Assembly: GCF_001194135.2 (NCBI RefSeq)
Contig: NC_069000.1
Coordinates: forward strand, 3,619,365-3,683,364
DNA: 64,000 bases
DNA from: Octopus bimaculoides
Lineage: Eukaryota
Direction of reading: 5' to 3'
Under the pieces are notes generated by a model that was not told the DNA's origin, made no database searches, and saw only the letters and a list, made by a program, of their open reading frames with translations. The stretch's first letter is position 1; each line of letters starts with the position of its first letter. Position numbers and translations under genes: made by a program. This document shows, one piece after another, positions 41,516 through 53,783 of this stretch.

Positions 41516-41867
41516 CACTTGTTGTTGATGTTGTTCTAATAATATCGGTAGTGATATTAGTTGTAGTTGTTGACATTGCAAGTGCTCACTGCTTTTGTTA
41601 ATGTTTTCTGTGCGGTCGTGCATCTGGTCAGCCAATAATCAAACAGATTATATGCTGCATACATAATTATAGACAACTCTTTGTAGTAAAAACGATGTAA
41701 TGTCCTCAAAAATACGTTACATATGTTATTAATGCCATGAAACATAATGTACAAATAAATATTAGACGATATAATTGCCAACTGCTCTCGTAACGAAATC
41801 AACTGATAGAAAGTCTGTCTTAATGAAGATAATACTTAGCCGCTTTACGAACGAAGCTTACAAAATC

Positions 41868-42045
41868 GCTGGTTTCAAACTTTGGTACAAGACTCCGGTA
41901 CATAACTGGTGCTTATTTTATCGACTCCGAAAGGATGAAAAGCAAAGTCGACGTCGGTGGAATTTGAACCCAGAACATAGAAACGGACAAAATGCTGCTA
42001 AACGTTTTATCCGGTGTGATAACGATTCTGCCAACCCACTGCACT
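41868..42045 (-). mobile_element. SINE family A, minus strand, near full length
   Basis: ACTGGTGCTTATTTTATCGACTCCGAAAGGATGAAAAGCAAAGTCGACGTCGGTGGAATTTGAACCCAG...AACGATTCTGCCA. Confidence 0.85.
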
Positions 42046-42540
42046 AAATCTTAGATAATTATTGATGGGAAGCAACAGCAGGTTTATCATCCTGTCACAT
42101 CTACCCTTCACCATAGTAACATCTCAATTAATGCCGGCGAACTGTCCGGCGAATTTGATCGTGAAACTCTGAGTAACAGTTCTTGTGATATCTTTGCTGC
42201 TTTTTTAATAAAATAGTAAATATGTTAGTATGTATATATACACATGTACGTATACACAAAACTATGTAATAAGTGTGTAAATGTGTGGGTGTGTACATTT
42301 ATTAAATCACAAAAAATCACTATTTTGTAAATCAGCTATAAGCTATTTTCGAACAACCCATTTCATATCGAGATCCAGTTAATTAGCAAATTAAGAAAAC
42401 TGACTGAATATCATGATAAACGTGAAGAAGCCAGGAGTTATTTGGTTCTTTACCGAATATATCATTGTAGAAAAATCATTTAAAACTGCTTCCAAAAAAA
42501 TATATCCCTTATATTAATTTATTCCTTATATTATTTTAAC

Positions 42541-42743
42541 GTATGGCATAATGGTTAAGAGTGCTAAACCCCAAGATTCCGAGTTCGATTCCAGGCAGTG
42601 ACATGAATAATAATAATAACATCGAAAAGTATTTTAGGAATGAGTACCCTGGTTCGAAATTTCCCCAAGACACTTGATGAGGGCTGGATGGTGTATCAGC
42701 CGAAATGTTGTGTCAAATATCCGTCGACTGTAAATAATGTAAA
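42541..42743 (+). mobile_element. tRNA-headed SINE-like element with a hammerhead-like tail
   Basis: A box TGGCATAATGG (42544), B box GAGTTCGATTCC (42581), short (AAT)n spacer, then the hammerhead fold at 42669-42714. Confidence 0.7.
42669..42714 (+). ncRNA. Minimal type-I hammerhead-like motif, probably decayed
   Basis: Stem I GACAC/GTGTC; core (U)UGAUGA+G; stem II GGCTG/CAGCC; GAAA; quasi-palindromic stem III AAUGUU; cleavage triplet GUU. Confidence 0.55.
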
Positions 42744-42789
42744 GAATGATCTTTTGTTATATCTCATTTATTTGTTATTACATTATTAA

Positions 42790-42935
42790 ATGCGTGTGGC
42801 CCAGTGGTTACGTTACTGCTCTTTCGATCAAAAGACAATGGTTTCGTATTCCTATACAAAGTTGTGCGTTGAGTATAACGGTTCATTTCCGGGGGTAGTT
42901 CCAATCACTGAACTATAAAGTGAATGGGGTCCAAT
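42790..42935 (+). mobile_element. SINE family B-like, diverged
   Basis: GTGTGGCCCAGTGGTTA head and GGTTTCGTATTCC. Confidence 0.55.
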
Positions 42936-43989
42936 CCAGGAAGATTGGGGGACATTTTTTTACTTCAGTCACTTAGACACCTTGACAATCATCTTTAGCT
43001 CAGTCGTTCCGCGTCCTTGCGCTCATGACAGACCTAACCCTAAGTCTGTTACGCTTAATTTCCTGACACAAGCAACAGCGATTCTATTCTTTCTTCGAAG
43101 ATGCTATACATTTGTTAGAATAGTGTACTTTTAGAACACAGTAGCAGGAACATTATGCAGCACATTCTTCCTGCACATAGGTTAAATATCTATGGTCCAA
43201 TATATAAAGAAGTTAGAGATAAAATCACTGTCGTTGTAAAACAGCGTTCAATTATTCATCTGCGCAAAACGTATTTCTATAAATAGAACCGATTGAATAT
43301 TACAATGCAGAAGGCCGCTTAGTATTATGCACTTAGTTCTTGTTCTGCATTTTTGCAATTATGCTTAGCAGACAATTCCCTTTTCATAATCCATTCACTA
43401 ATTCCGTGTGTTCTGAAATTGCACTATATGTTTTTGTTTGTTTATGTATTTCTCTTTTCCTGTTTTAGTTATTTGTTTCTTTCTCTGTTATTTCTTTCTT
43501 TTATTTCCCGATATGTTGTTGCACCAGTTTAACTCCCTTCTGTGTATTTTCTGAAAATCCTATCACATAAAACATTAAATCCTTTTAGTGCTGACTTGTG
43601 TTAAATAATTATTACTGAAATACATAAGTAAAATATAACGACATCACATAACCGACACGATGCGTGACAAATTACATTATGTTGACTTTTTTTTTTTTTA
43701 CGTATTTATTTTCTTATAATACTTTTTACAATCTATTTATTTCTCTGCTTTTTGCCCTCTCCGTATGTTCATGCGCTCGTTGTCTTCAATAACAAAAGCA
43801 AGAGGAAAGATAATTACCCTTTTATGAAAAGTGAAGCCCTGATAGATTTGTAGTTGTTTAAAAGATATCAAAACTAATGAATGAAATAGTTAAAACTGCA
43901 GTAAGTAAACACCTGCTTTTAACAGATAACAATAGACATTCACGTTTGTATACAGTTCATTTGGAGTTATTATAAATCATTTAAACAAT

Positions 43990-44155
43990 GATGGCGGATG
44001 GCAGAAACGTTAGAGCGTCGAATGCTTCGCAGTGACTATGGTATCGTTTTACGTTCTCCAGTTAAAATTCCACCGAGCTCACATTAGCCTTCCATTCAAT
44101 CTTGGGTCGACGAAATAAATACCAATCAAGCACTGGGGTCGATGTCATCCACTAG
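43990..44155 (+). mobile_element. SINE family A
   Basis: GGCGGATGGCAGAAACGTTAG...AAAATTCCACCGAG...AGCACTGGGGTCGATGT. Confidence 0.8.
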
Positions 44156-44204
44156 CTGCCTGCTTGCCGGGCTGCACTATTGCTAGAGTGTTGGAAACTA
44201 TGTG

Positions 44205-44420
44205 TATGCAGTTGAAATCTGTGTATCGTTTACCGATTATTGTTTCCGTCACTGGACTGCAACCAGGCTGGGGTAACGCCTTGTAGTGTTTTGTCGAATA
44301 AATATCGATCCCAGCTCTTTATTTTTAAGCCTGTTATTTATTCTATTGGTTAGTTAGAAAAGAACCACTAGTAGATAAAGACATCAACACCGGTTGTCAA
44401 GCGGTTGTGGGGGACAAACA
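44205..44420 (-). mobile_element. SINE-like family D, minus strand
   Basis: GTTTCCGTCACTGGACTGCAACCAGGCTGGGGTAACGCCTTG is the reverse complement of the family D tail. Confidence 0.7.
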
Positions 44421-44634
44421 GAGATAGAAAGAGAGGGAGACACACATGGATATATACACGTATATACATATGCGACTGGCCTCAGCCGAGAGTAACTTTG
44501 CTTTTCATTCTTTTCAGATCGATAAAATACAATACAGATCAAAGTACATACGTAGATATTATAGACTAATTTTGCTTCCCTCAATATTGTAGACTTCGTG
44601 CCGACATCTCAGATTCATATTACTTCAGAGACGG

Positions 44635-44825
44635 AAACGGTGAGCGAGTAGAATCGTTAGCACGACGGATAATGTGCTTAGAAGCACTTGGTCCGTCTTT
44701 TGTTCAGAGACAGCCTTTGCATTTCAAACATTCAAAGTCAATAAAATAAGTTCCATGTGAACAGTAGAGTCGATGTGCTTGACTACCCCCCCCCACTCCA
44801 ATGTGCCTAGAATAAAAGGGATTTT
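44635..44825 (+). mobile_element. SINE family A
   Basis: GGTGAGCGAGTAGAATCGTTAGCACGACGGATAATGTGCTTAG...GTCAATAAAATAAG...GAGTCGATGT. Confidence 0.75.
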
Positions 44826-44986
44826 TACTTTACATACAGACAGACAATTCGAGCTCTGCTCAATATATAGGCTGCGGACGATATATGAGGTCGGATTTAA
44901 AGTTTTAAAAAAAAACGCTTATAAAATAACAGTAAAACTATTTTTTATAAAAATAACATAAACATAAAACTAAATTAGTGGAGGCA

Positions 44987-45060
44987 GATGGCCTAAAGGT
45001 TAAAGCAGCTGACTAGGAATCGCAGGTTCGAAACTCGAATCGGGTAATGTGTGTGTGTTT
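44987..45060 (+). mobile_element. tRNA-derived SINE head
   Basis: TGGCCTAAAGG A box and GGTTCGAAACT B box; no acceptor stem. Confidence 0.6.
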
Positions 45061-45746
45061 ATGAGCCGGCCGAAAGAGATGAAATCAAAGTTGATCTTAG
45101 CTTGATTTGAACTCCGAATATAATCGTTAGAAAAAAATAACGCTGATCATATTTTCCGATGCCCTACAACATCGGACTAACAACAGTCCTGTGAGTGGAC
45201 TTCACATATGAAAACTTAAAGAAGCCCTACTATATGTGTGTGTGCCCATGTATCTCTCCTCACCACCACTTTGCAACTCGTATCTATGTGTTGATGTTCT
45301 TGTAACTACGTGGTTTTACAAAAAAACATAGGTGCTGTCAAATGACTGCAACAAGTAAAAGAAAAAGTTAAACGATATATATATATATATATATATANNN
45401 NNNNNNNNNNNNNNNNNNNNNNNNNNNNNNNNNNNNNNNNNNNNNNNNNNNNNNNNNNNNNNNATATATACATGTGCGTGTATATCTGTGTCTTTTGCGG
45501 TGTACTTCTATGACAACGAAAGATGAAAATGTCGGCGAAAATCCGGTTTGCTTCGAATGAAATCTTCATCTTTCATACATGCTTTAACGTTGTTATGATT
45601 CACAAATTGTGATATAAAACAGACCAAATAATTAACCGATTCTTTTGTCACGAGCTCGCATCAACTGCAATCGTTTTGTTGTGCTTCTTCTGTATTTGGC
45701 AATTAAATTTGCATGCTTCACTTCACGAAATCGTTTTGGAATTTAG

Positions 45747-45806
45747 ACGGAAATTCGGCTAAAATATCAAATTATTTGATATCTGTTGGATATACAACTG
45801 ACAATG
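45747..45806 (+). CDS. Candidate 60-nt symmetric (phase 1-1) exon
   Basis: ATTTAG|AC GGA AAT...GAC AAT G|GTATGT; xGNSAKISNYLISVGYTTDNx. No homology recognised. Confidence 0.35.
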
Positions 45807-46059
45807 GTATGTCATGCACTTGACTCCAGGTCGCAAAGGGTATAAATACTAATTATTTTTTTCCACGTTTCCTTTTGTCACTTAGAAATGGCTGAACAAA
45901 CCGCTGCTCTGTTTAGCATGATGCTATGAAGAACCATACACACACACACACACACACACACATACAAAAAGTATATATATATCAACTTTCGCTTGAATAT
46001 TCTGTTTTAAATGACTTACTTTGAAGGTCATTCCAATAAAGAAATATCTTTCTGGCAGA

Positions 46060-46227
46060 GAAGAAGAAGAAGAAGAAGAAGAAGAAGAAGAAGAAGAAGA
46101 AGAAGAAGAAGAAGAAGAAGAAGAAGAAGAAGAAGAAGAAGAAGAAGAAGAAGAAGAAGAAGAAGAAGAAGAAGAAGAAGAAGAAGAAGAAGAAGAAGAA
46201 GAAGAAGAAGAAGAAGAAGAAGAAGAA
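46060..46227. repeat. Pure (GAA)56
   Basis: 168 nt uninterrupted. Confidence 0.97.
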
Positions 46228-46840
46228 GGTGTTCTTAACGTGTTTGAATGTTCGTTGGGGGTTATAAGTGGAGTAAACGGTGAATATTCCTTTTGCAGTC
46301 ACTCGTAACCATATAATAATGACATGTCTTTTAGAAGATTTCAAAATGGCAGCATACTTATGTCGCGAACATAACCTGTGATTCAGCTGAACAGTTTAGT
46401 AGATCGCTTCGCTGACATGGAAGATATAGAGCTCAGAGAAATACAACTTATTCACTGCATACATTATTTAACAGAAATTTGTTATTGTATGCAAGCGCAG
46501 TATACACGTATATACACAAAAAATAATTAAATATACATACTTCTGTGGATAGCTTTCTCCCTTCAAGCTTGATTCTACATTGTGAAGATGTTTTTCATTA
46601 CATATAAAGACTTCCCCAAATAAAATTGCCTTTAATTTTTCATGCTCCGTCGAGGGTATCAGGTAAAGTACTGCGCTCAACTATGAGCGCATTGCATCAT
46701 ACATCAGAAACAGCTGTAAGCTAGTGAAGTCGATTACAAAATTTCTTGTTCCCTAGCCTTTCATATAATCTCTCATTAACACACACACACACACACACAC
46801 ACAAATACATATATATGTATATGTATATATATATGTGTGT

Positions 46841-46914
<74 letters not shown>

Positions 46915-47584
46915 AACAAGGATGTCTAGGTATTAGTGCACTAATACCTGGACATAATTGGTACTTATTTACTTTTTATTCACTTAACTTCGAGCTGTGC
47001 GGACAATACTGTACTGATTTGGTGCCTCAACTTAAGTACCTAATTGGACGGAATCTTAATTATATATATATGTATCTAAAATCAGAATAAGCAACAGGAT
47101 TCTTATTTTTTAAGAAGAGATGGAAACGGAAATTTATACCGAAATGATTGTCCGATCGTTTAGTTCGTCTAGAAAAGCGTGGAAGGAGACGCTTGATGTA
47201 TGAGTGGCAAGGGAAACAACTATGAAGTTTAGCTGAGGCCTAACATGGCATATGCGTATGTGCGGAGGAGTTCTAAATACACTGTAGAGGAGATCGTGCG
47301 TACTTATATCTAAATACACCGCGTGGGACTGCATGTGTATTTATATTTAAATACAACGTGAAAATTGGTTGATCTATAACTGTTCGCCATTGTTCTTATT
47401 GGATTTTAACAACTGCATGTTGTGGTTTCATTACAGTTTGGTTCTTTATTTAAAGGGAGAAATCCATCTACGAAAAAACAACGAACTCACATCATATTTA
47501 GAAACACATATACATACAGACATACATACGCACACAGACATACATACGGAAAACTGCACCCAATCACACGAATTTACCCACACA

Positions 47585-47629
<45 letters not shown>

Positions 47630-48679
47630 GCACATACAATTCTTCTTCCACACAATCGACTCAGATACAATGTTGTCTAACCCAATAAACATTTTCTTTC
47701 TTCCATTCAAAATCTCAGATATTCCATACTGAGTAATTGGAATCTCAGTGTAATATTCCAATTTAACTTACCATTTATCATATTCCAATTTAACTTACCA
47801 TTTATCTACAGAAAGAAGATAATCTATTCTCGCACAAAGATGACATATCCCAAAGCTAAATTCCATGAATGGAAGTAGACGCTCGTTCCAAAGAATATTA
47901 TTCATAGCATTTAGATCTGCCTTTGAAATTTTCGCTTGTAATGACAGCAATCGATTTTCAAACACTTTTCGAACTTTCAAATATGGTTAATTAGGCAAAG
48001 TATCGCTTTTATCTTTACTTTTGTTTTGCTTTATTTTTTTTCTTCCTGGACCGGTTTTAAATGTCTCTCGTTTTAATTTTTTTTATTTATTTATGTTTAC
48101 ATAGGCATTTATACATCTTTATATCTATATACCTAAATCCCTACAACCCGTCTCACCCTCACTCGCTACACACACGCACACACACACACACACACACACA
48201 CNNNNNNNNNNNNNNNNNNNNNNNNNNNNNNNNNNNNNNNNNNNNNNNNNNNNNNNNNNNNNNNNNNNNNNNNNNNNNNNNNNNNNNNNNNNNNNNNNNN
48301 NNNNNNNNNNNNNNNNNNNNNNNNNNNNNNNNNNNNNNNNNNNNNNNNNNNNNNNNNNNNNNNNNNNNNNNNNNNNNNNNNNNNNNNNNNNNNNNNNNNN
48401 NNNNNNNNNNNNNNNNNNNNNNNNNNNNNNNNNNNNNNNNNNNNNNNNNNNNNNNNNNNNNNNNNNNNNNNNNNNNNNNNNNNNNNNNNNNNNNNNNNNN
48501 NNNNNNNNNNNNNNNNNNNNNNNNNNNNNNNNNNNNNNNNNNNNNNNNNNNNNNNNNNNNNNNNNTATATATATACAATGTATATAAAAAGTCTGCAATG
48601 GTAGACATTTTAAGCTACAAAAAACCAATATTTATCAACCAATGCAACGTTGAACACTCTTTTTCACTGTTCGATATTA

Positions 48680-48717
<38 letters not shown>

Positions 48718-49386
48718 TAAATTCTGTTCAGTCCACCGCAACCACCATTCCTGCTTGAAACCTCGAACGGAAAACATATTTCATATCATAAAGTTACATC
48801 TTAATGTCCACTTATACAAATCATGAAATATACAAATACATTTTCTAGTAAATACGTTACGGATTCAAAGAGTCTCCGTTGCTTCTCACATCGTTTTATA
48901 CCTCCTCAAAACTACCACGTCGCATGTGAAACAAAATACTACTATACAATTTATTCGGTAATATAAGTCTTTTAATATATTCTTTCTTATATTAACTGAC
49001 AAAATAAACTCCGTAGCATAATAATGGCGTGCAGAAAATTTTCGCTATTCCTGAATTCATAAAAACACAAAATACTTTGTATAAGTCCACTGTTTGTTGG
49101 ATATTTCATGAATAGGAGAGTGCTGCCATAAAGTGAAATATGGTATTATATGCTATAAAAAAAGTGTAATGACTTCAGAGAAACATTTTGATTTTAACTA
49201 CAATAATTGTTTTACTGTCTTATAAAGTTACCCTCATATATATTTAGCAGTCATAATATTGGTCATTCGGATATATATCTCTCCGTCTGTAAGAGACAAA
49301 CAATAAGGAATCACATTCACAAATACAAGGTATATCTGTGTGCGTGTGTGTATGTGAGGGTGTGTGTGTGCCTACGTTTGTGTAAG

Positions 49387-49431
<45 letters not shown>

Positions 49432-49527
49432 GCTTATAGTATTTATATTTCCATTCATATGTTCACAGATACGTACTCAGCCACACACGTGTATATATAA
49501 ATGTGTGTGTCTGTGTGTGTGCGTGAG

Positions 49528-49594
<67 letters not shown>

Positions 49595-52500
49595 CCACCT
49601 GTGTGTATTTATAGGTGCTAGTATGTCAATAACGACACGGGATCAGATTCGGTGTTCCACTGCTCGACTCCTTAAGCAAGAAGTTTCTATTAGAGCACGT
49701 GTCAACGTAATGCTTATAAATGAATTTGTTTCAAGAAAACGTTGCAGAAGCCCCTCGCAACTGAATATATGATTTTAGCGGATTTGGATGTATGTATGTA
49801 TGCGTTTTTGTTCCTAAAACAAGATGAAGAAAGAGAGCAGATTATTTGTTAGCATTATTCTGAAATGGTTATTTTAAATAACTTGAAAGTTATGTAATTC
49901 TACATTCTTTCACATTATATTTTAGATAATTTACCTTTTAATTATAAGGACATAGACTTGGGTATAGTTACAATTCTGTTCAAATTTATACATATTTCTA
50001 ATGTTACAGCAGCGAATTTAGAAGCCTAAATCCCGATTTTAAATAGTTTGAAAGTTCTTCAGAAATTAACATCTATCTAAAAATAACTTTCGCGAAGTTA
50101 TAAACATTATCTTCAAACTGCTGTCATAAATAGTTTCAAAGATCTATTTATTCTAAAGATTTCTCTACCGCAGTATTTATGTATGACGATTGGTGTGTAT
50201 CATCACTTTCTGGGGTCATTATTGTGAGAAGATTGGTGACAGATCCGTATTTACGTCGTTATCGCCTTCATATGTGACAGATTTAAACTCTTTTAGGGTA
50301 GAGCACGTTTTTTTTTTAATCGATTTATATTCTAGACGATTTATAGACGTTCACTATCTCAGATGTTTTATTCTGGCAATAAAATACTCATATTATCAAA
50401 GATATCAAACAATGGAAGCGCCGTCAGTGTAGATAAATTTCATCCCAGTTACTATTTTACCGCCTCATATGACCGATAAAAGGATTTTCTTGGGTATTTT
50501 GACAGCATCGAAATAGATCTTCATTTAATTGGAGAGATCAAGTGAAATAATTGGCCAGCTTATGTATTCTTCGATATCTTTTATAGTTTCCATGATGACT
50601 TAGCTGTTGACGTTATTGTTATCTCTGGCAGCTACGGTCGTCGAATCGCCATTTTACTGAGTCAGACGTATTCTAATAAATCTGCACTAAATAAGCAATA
50701 TTGTAGCACAAAAGATGTGTTGTGTTCCATATAACTCAGATAATAGCCAGAGATCTTCACTGAATGATGTCTGGGAAGTTATTGAGTAATATTTTCGAAG
50801 AAACGTTTATATTAATGATTTCTATTCACGGATAAGAAAAGATATTGTAGAATGCGTGTTATGTAAGCATGTGAGCATTTACGCCCACTCTCACAGGCGC
50901 ACTCACAAGTCACACATGCACATATATATATGTATATATATTTATATGTATATATANNNNNNNNNNNNNNNNNNNNNNNNNNNNNNNNNNNNNNNNNNNN
51001 NNNNNNNNNNNNNNNNNNNNNNNNNNNNNNNNNNNNNNNNNNNNNNNNNNNNNNNNNNNNNNNNNNNNNNNNNNNNNNNNNNNNNNNNNNNNNNNNNNNN
51101 NNNNNNNNNNNNNNNNNNNNNNNNNNNNNNNNNNNNNNNNNNNNNNNNNNNNNNNNNNNNNNNNNNNNNNNNNNNNNNNNNNNNNNNNNNNNNNNNNNNN
51201 NNNNNNNNNNNNNNNNNNNNNNNNNNNNNNNNNNNNNNNNNNNNNNNNNNNNNNNNNNNNNNNNNNNNNNNNNNNNNNNNNNNNNNNNNNNNNNNNNNNN
51301 NNNNNNNNNNNNNNNNNNNNNNNNNNNNNNNNNNNNNNNNNNNNNNNNNNNNNNNNNNNNNNNNNNNNNNNNNNNNNNNNNNNNNNNNNNNNNNNNNNNN
51401 NNNNNNNNNNNNNNNNNNNNNNNNNNNNNNNNNNNNNNNNNNNNNNNNNNNTATATATATATATATATATATATTTAAATTGTTTCAGCTTCAAAGGACT
51501 ATACAATGAAGAAATAAGAGTTATACATCTTCAAAATATATTTATTAACCTATTTGTTTCGTATTCTTTTCCGACACGTATTTCTGCTGAATAAGTGTCC
51601 CCGTGTTATTTTGATACAGCAGACGTATGTATTTAGTTGATACATATTAAATCAACTGCAACATATTCAAGTCTAAAGGTTGAGAATCCTATGTAGATTT
51701 ATTCGAGGTGTTTCTTATACAGCAGACGGTTGAAGGAAGTTATTTCTTTACCCAATATATATATATATATTATATACACATACATACATACATACATATA
51801 TATGGGTGTGTATTTATATATGTCGCTTGTGTGTGTGTGTGAATAGGGTTGTGATCTTAGGTCTGTGTAAATATGCACATTATTATACCGTATTATAAAA
51901 TGGATGTCAATACATAACACTACTTTTCGTCCATTTTTTCTCCTTTATGTTTGTATAAAGATTATCCTGCACACACAAACATAATATATAGATTGTCGTT
52001 CATTGAAAAACACTATTTATAGCAGTGTGTTTGTGTAAATTAAGATTCCAGCGCCAAAAAAACAAAAAAAAATAGGAGAAAAAATCAAAAGATTATTATT
52101 AAAATAATACTATTAATTTACACGTTACTGTCTGCACGATTTTTCCGTTTATTACTTACGTGCTTTTTTCTTTTTGCTTTTTCGGTGATTTTTTTTCTGA
52201 ACTTTCTCCATATTGGTATAATTTTGCTGTTGTTGTTATTGCTGCTATTGTAGACGACGATGGTATCCTTGTTGATATAGGTGTTGTTTATGTAGTTTTT
52301 CTTGTTGTTGTAGTCCTCTCACCGTCATAGTTGTTGAAGTTGTTCGGGTTAGAATGTATGTTTACTTGGACCTAATACTTCGCACTTGATGTCGAACTTG
52401 GCTGTGTGTGTGGTGGTGATGGTGAGGGGAGCAACTGTGATTAGTTGAGTTCATTGTATACAAAGACAGAAATAACTAAACAAAAAAAAATACAAAGCAA

Positions 52501-52689
52501 ACAAAAGGAAATCCAACACAAAATAAAGTCACAACAACAGCAACGACAACAGCAAAAACAAACAGAAAAAAAACATTATATCGATGTATCATCGAATGGA
52601 TGGCGGTTATTTTTGGTAATGCATTGTATTACATAGAAAATAAATATAGCTTCTCTTTTCAACACAGACTCTTTCCTATATTTTTCATG

Positions 52690-52909
52690 ATTTCATTATT
52701 ATTATTATTATTATTGTTATTATTATTATTATCATCATCATCATCATCATCATCATCATCGAAATATCAGTGGCATTATTAATATTGTTATTTATTTTTG
52801 TCGTTATTACTTTTTACTGTTGCCGTTGTTACTAGTATTAATACTACTAAAATGATAATGATAATAACAATAATGATAACAACAACAATAATAATAATAA
52901 AGAATATTA

Positions 52910-52973
<64 letters not shown>

Positions 52974-53018
52974 CATTGTTATTATTACTATCATTATTAT
53001 TATCATTAGTATTATTAC

Positions 53019-53079
<61 letters not shown>

Positions 53080-53095
53080 ACTACTATTATTATTA
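52690..53095. repeat. Compound (ATT)/(ATC)/(AAT) tracts
   Basis: Visible. Confidence 0.95.
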
Positions 53096-53371
53096 CCCGG
53101 TTCTTTTTCTTGTTTTTTTTGTTTTTGTTCTTTTTTTACTGTTTTCTTCTTATGGAGAAGGGCTATTGCATTGAATCGAATTATTCTGTCTTCGAGCATC
53201 GAAATAACTATTAAAAAGTGTCTCCGTGTTGTGTTATTGTAATGATGATGGTTTTAACAAACTTGTCAATATGTTTCTGGTCACGCGACAATGACTTTAT
53301 GTCCTCATGCCACTACAGTCAAACTGGTACGGGTTTTTTCATACGTCTACACAATAATATACAAACGCTTT

Positions 53372-53404
<33 letters not shown>

Positions 53405-53439
53405 GGGAATATACAAATAATAACAACAGACGAGGACAG

Positions 53440-53590
53440 GTGGTGTAAATAACAAAAGTATATATTAGTATGACGCTCGGGAATACGGAAAGTCTTTGAC
53501 GTTTCGAGCTACGCTCTTCAACAGAAAGAATACGGAGACGAGGAGAAAAACACGGAGAAAAAAAAATTGAATAGTGTTCACTCAACGGTC
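53440..53590 (-). mobile_element. Penelope-terminus-like short repeat, family E copy 1
   Basis: GACGAGGACAGGTGGTG...TATTAGTATGACGCTCGGGAA...ACGTTTCGAGCTACGCTCTTCAACAGAAAG; homologous to the 58790 and 60465 copies. Confidence 0.65.
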
Positions 53591-53720
53591 AATCATATAT
53601 ATATATAATATATATGTATGTATGTATGTATATATNNNNNNNNNNGGAGACGAGGAGAAAAACACGGAGAAAAAAAAATTGAATAGTGTTCACTCAACGG
53701 TCAATCATATATATATATAA

Positions 53721-53783
53721 TGGCGGTACTCCAGCATGGCCACAGTCATTGGGCTGAAACATGTAAAAGAATAAAAGAATAAA
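53721..53783 (+). mobile_element. SINE-like family D, 3' end
   Basis: GGCGGTACTCCAGCATGGCCACAGTCATTGGGCTGAAACATGTAAAAGAATAAAAGAATA. Confidence 0.75.

Noticed and set aside
43028-43049. Hairpin enclosing the telomere-like CTAACCCTAA
   Set aside because: Under two repeat units and a 6-bp stem; expected by chance.
46680-46722. GAAACAGCTGTA palindromic stem III and a GCGCTCA hairpin
   Set aside because: No intact CUGANGA core or stem II; at best a very decayed Penelope-type terminus.
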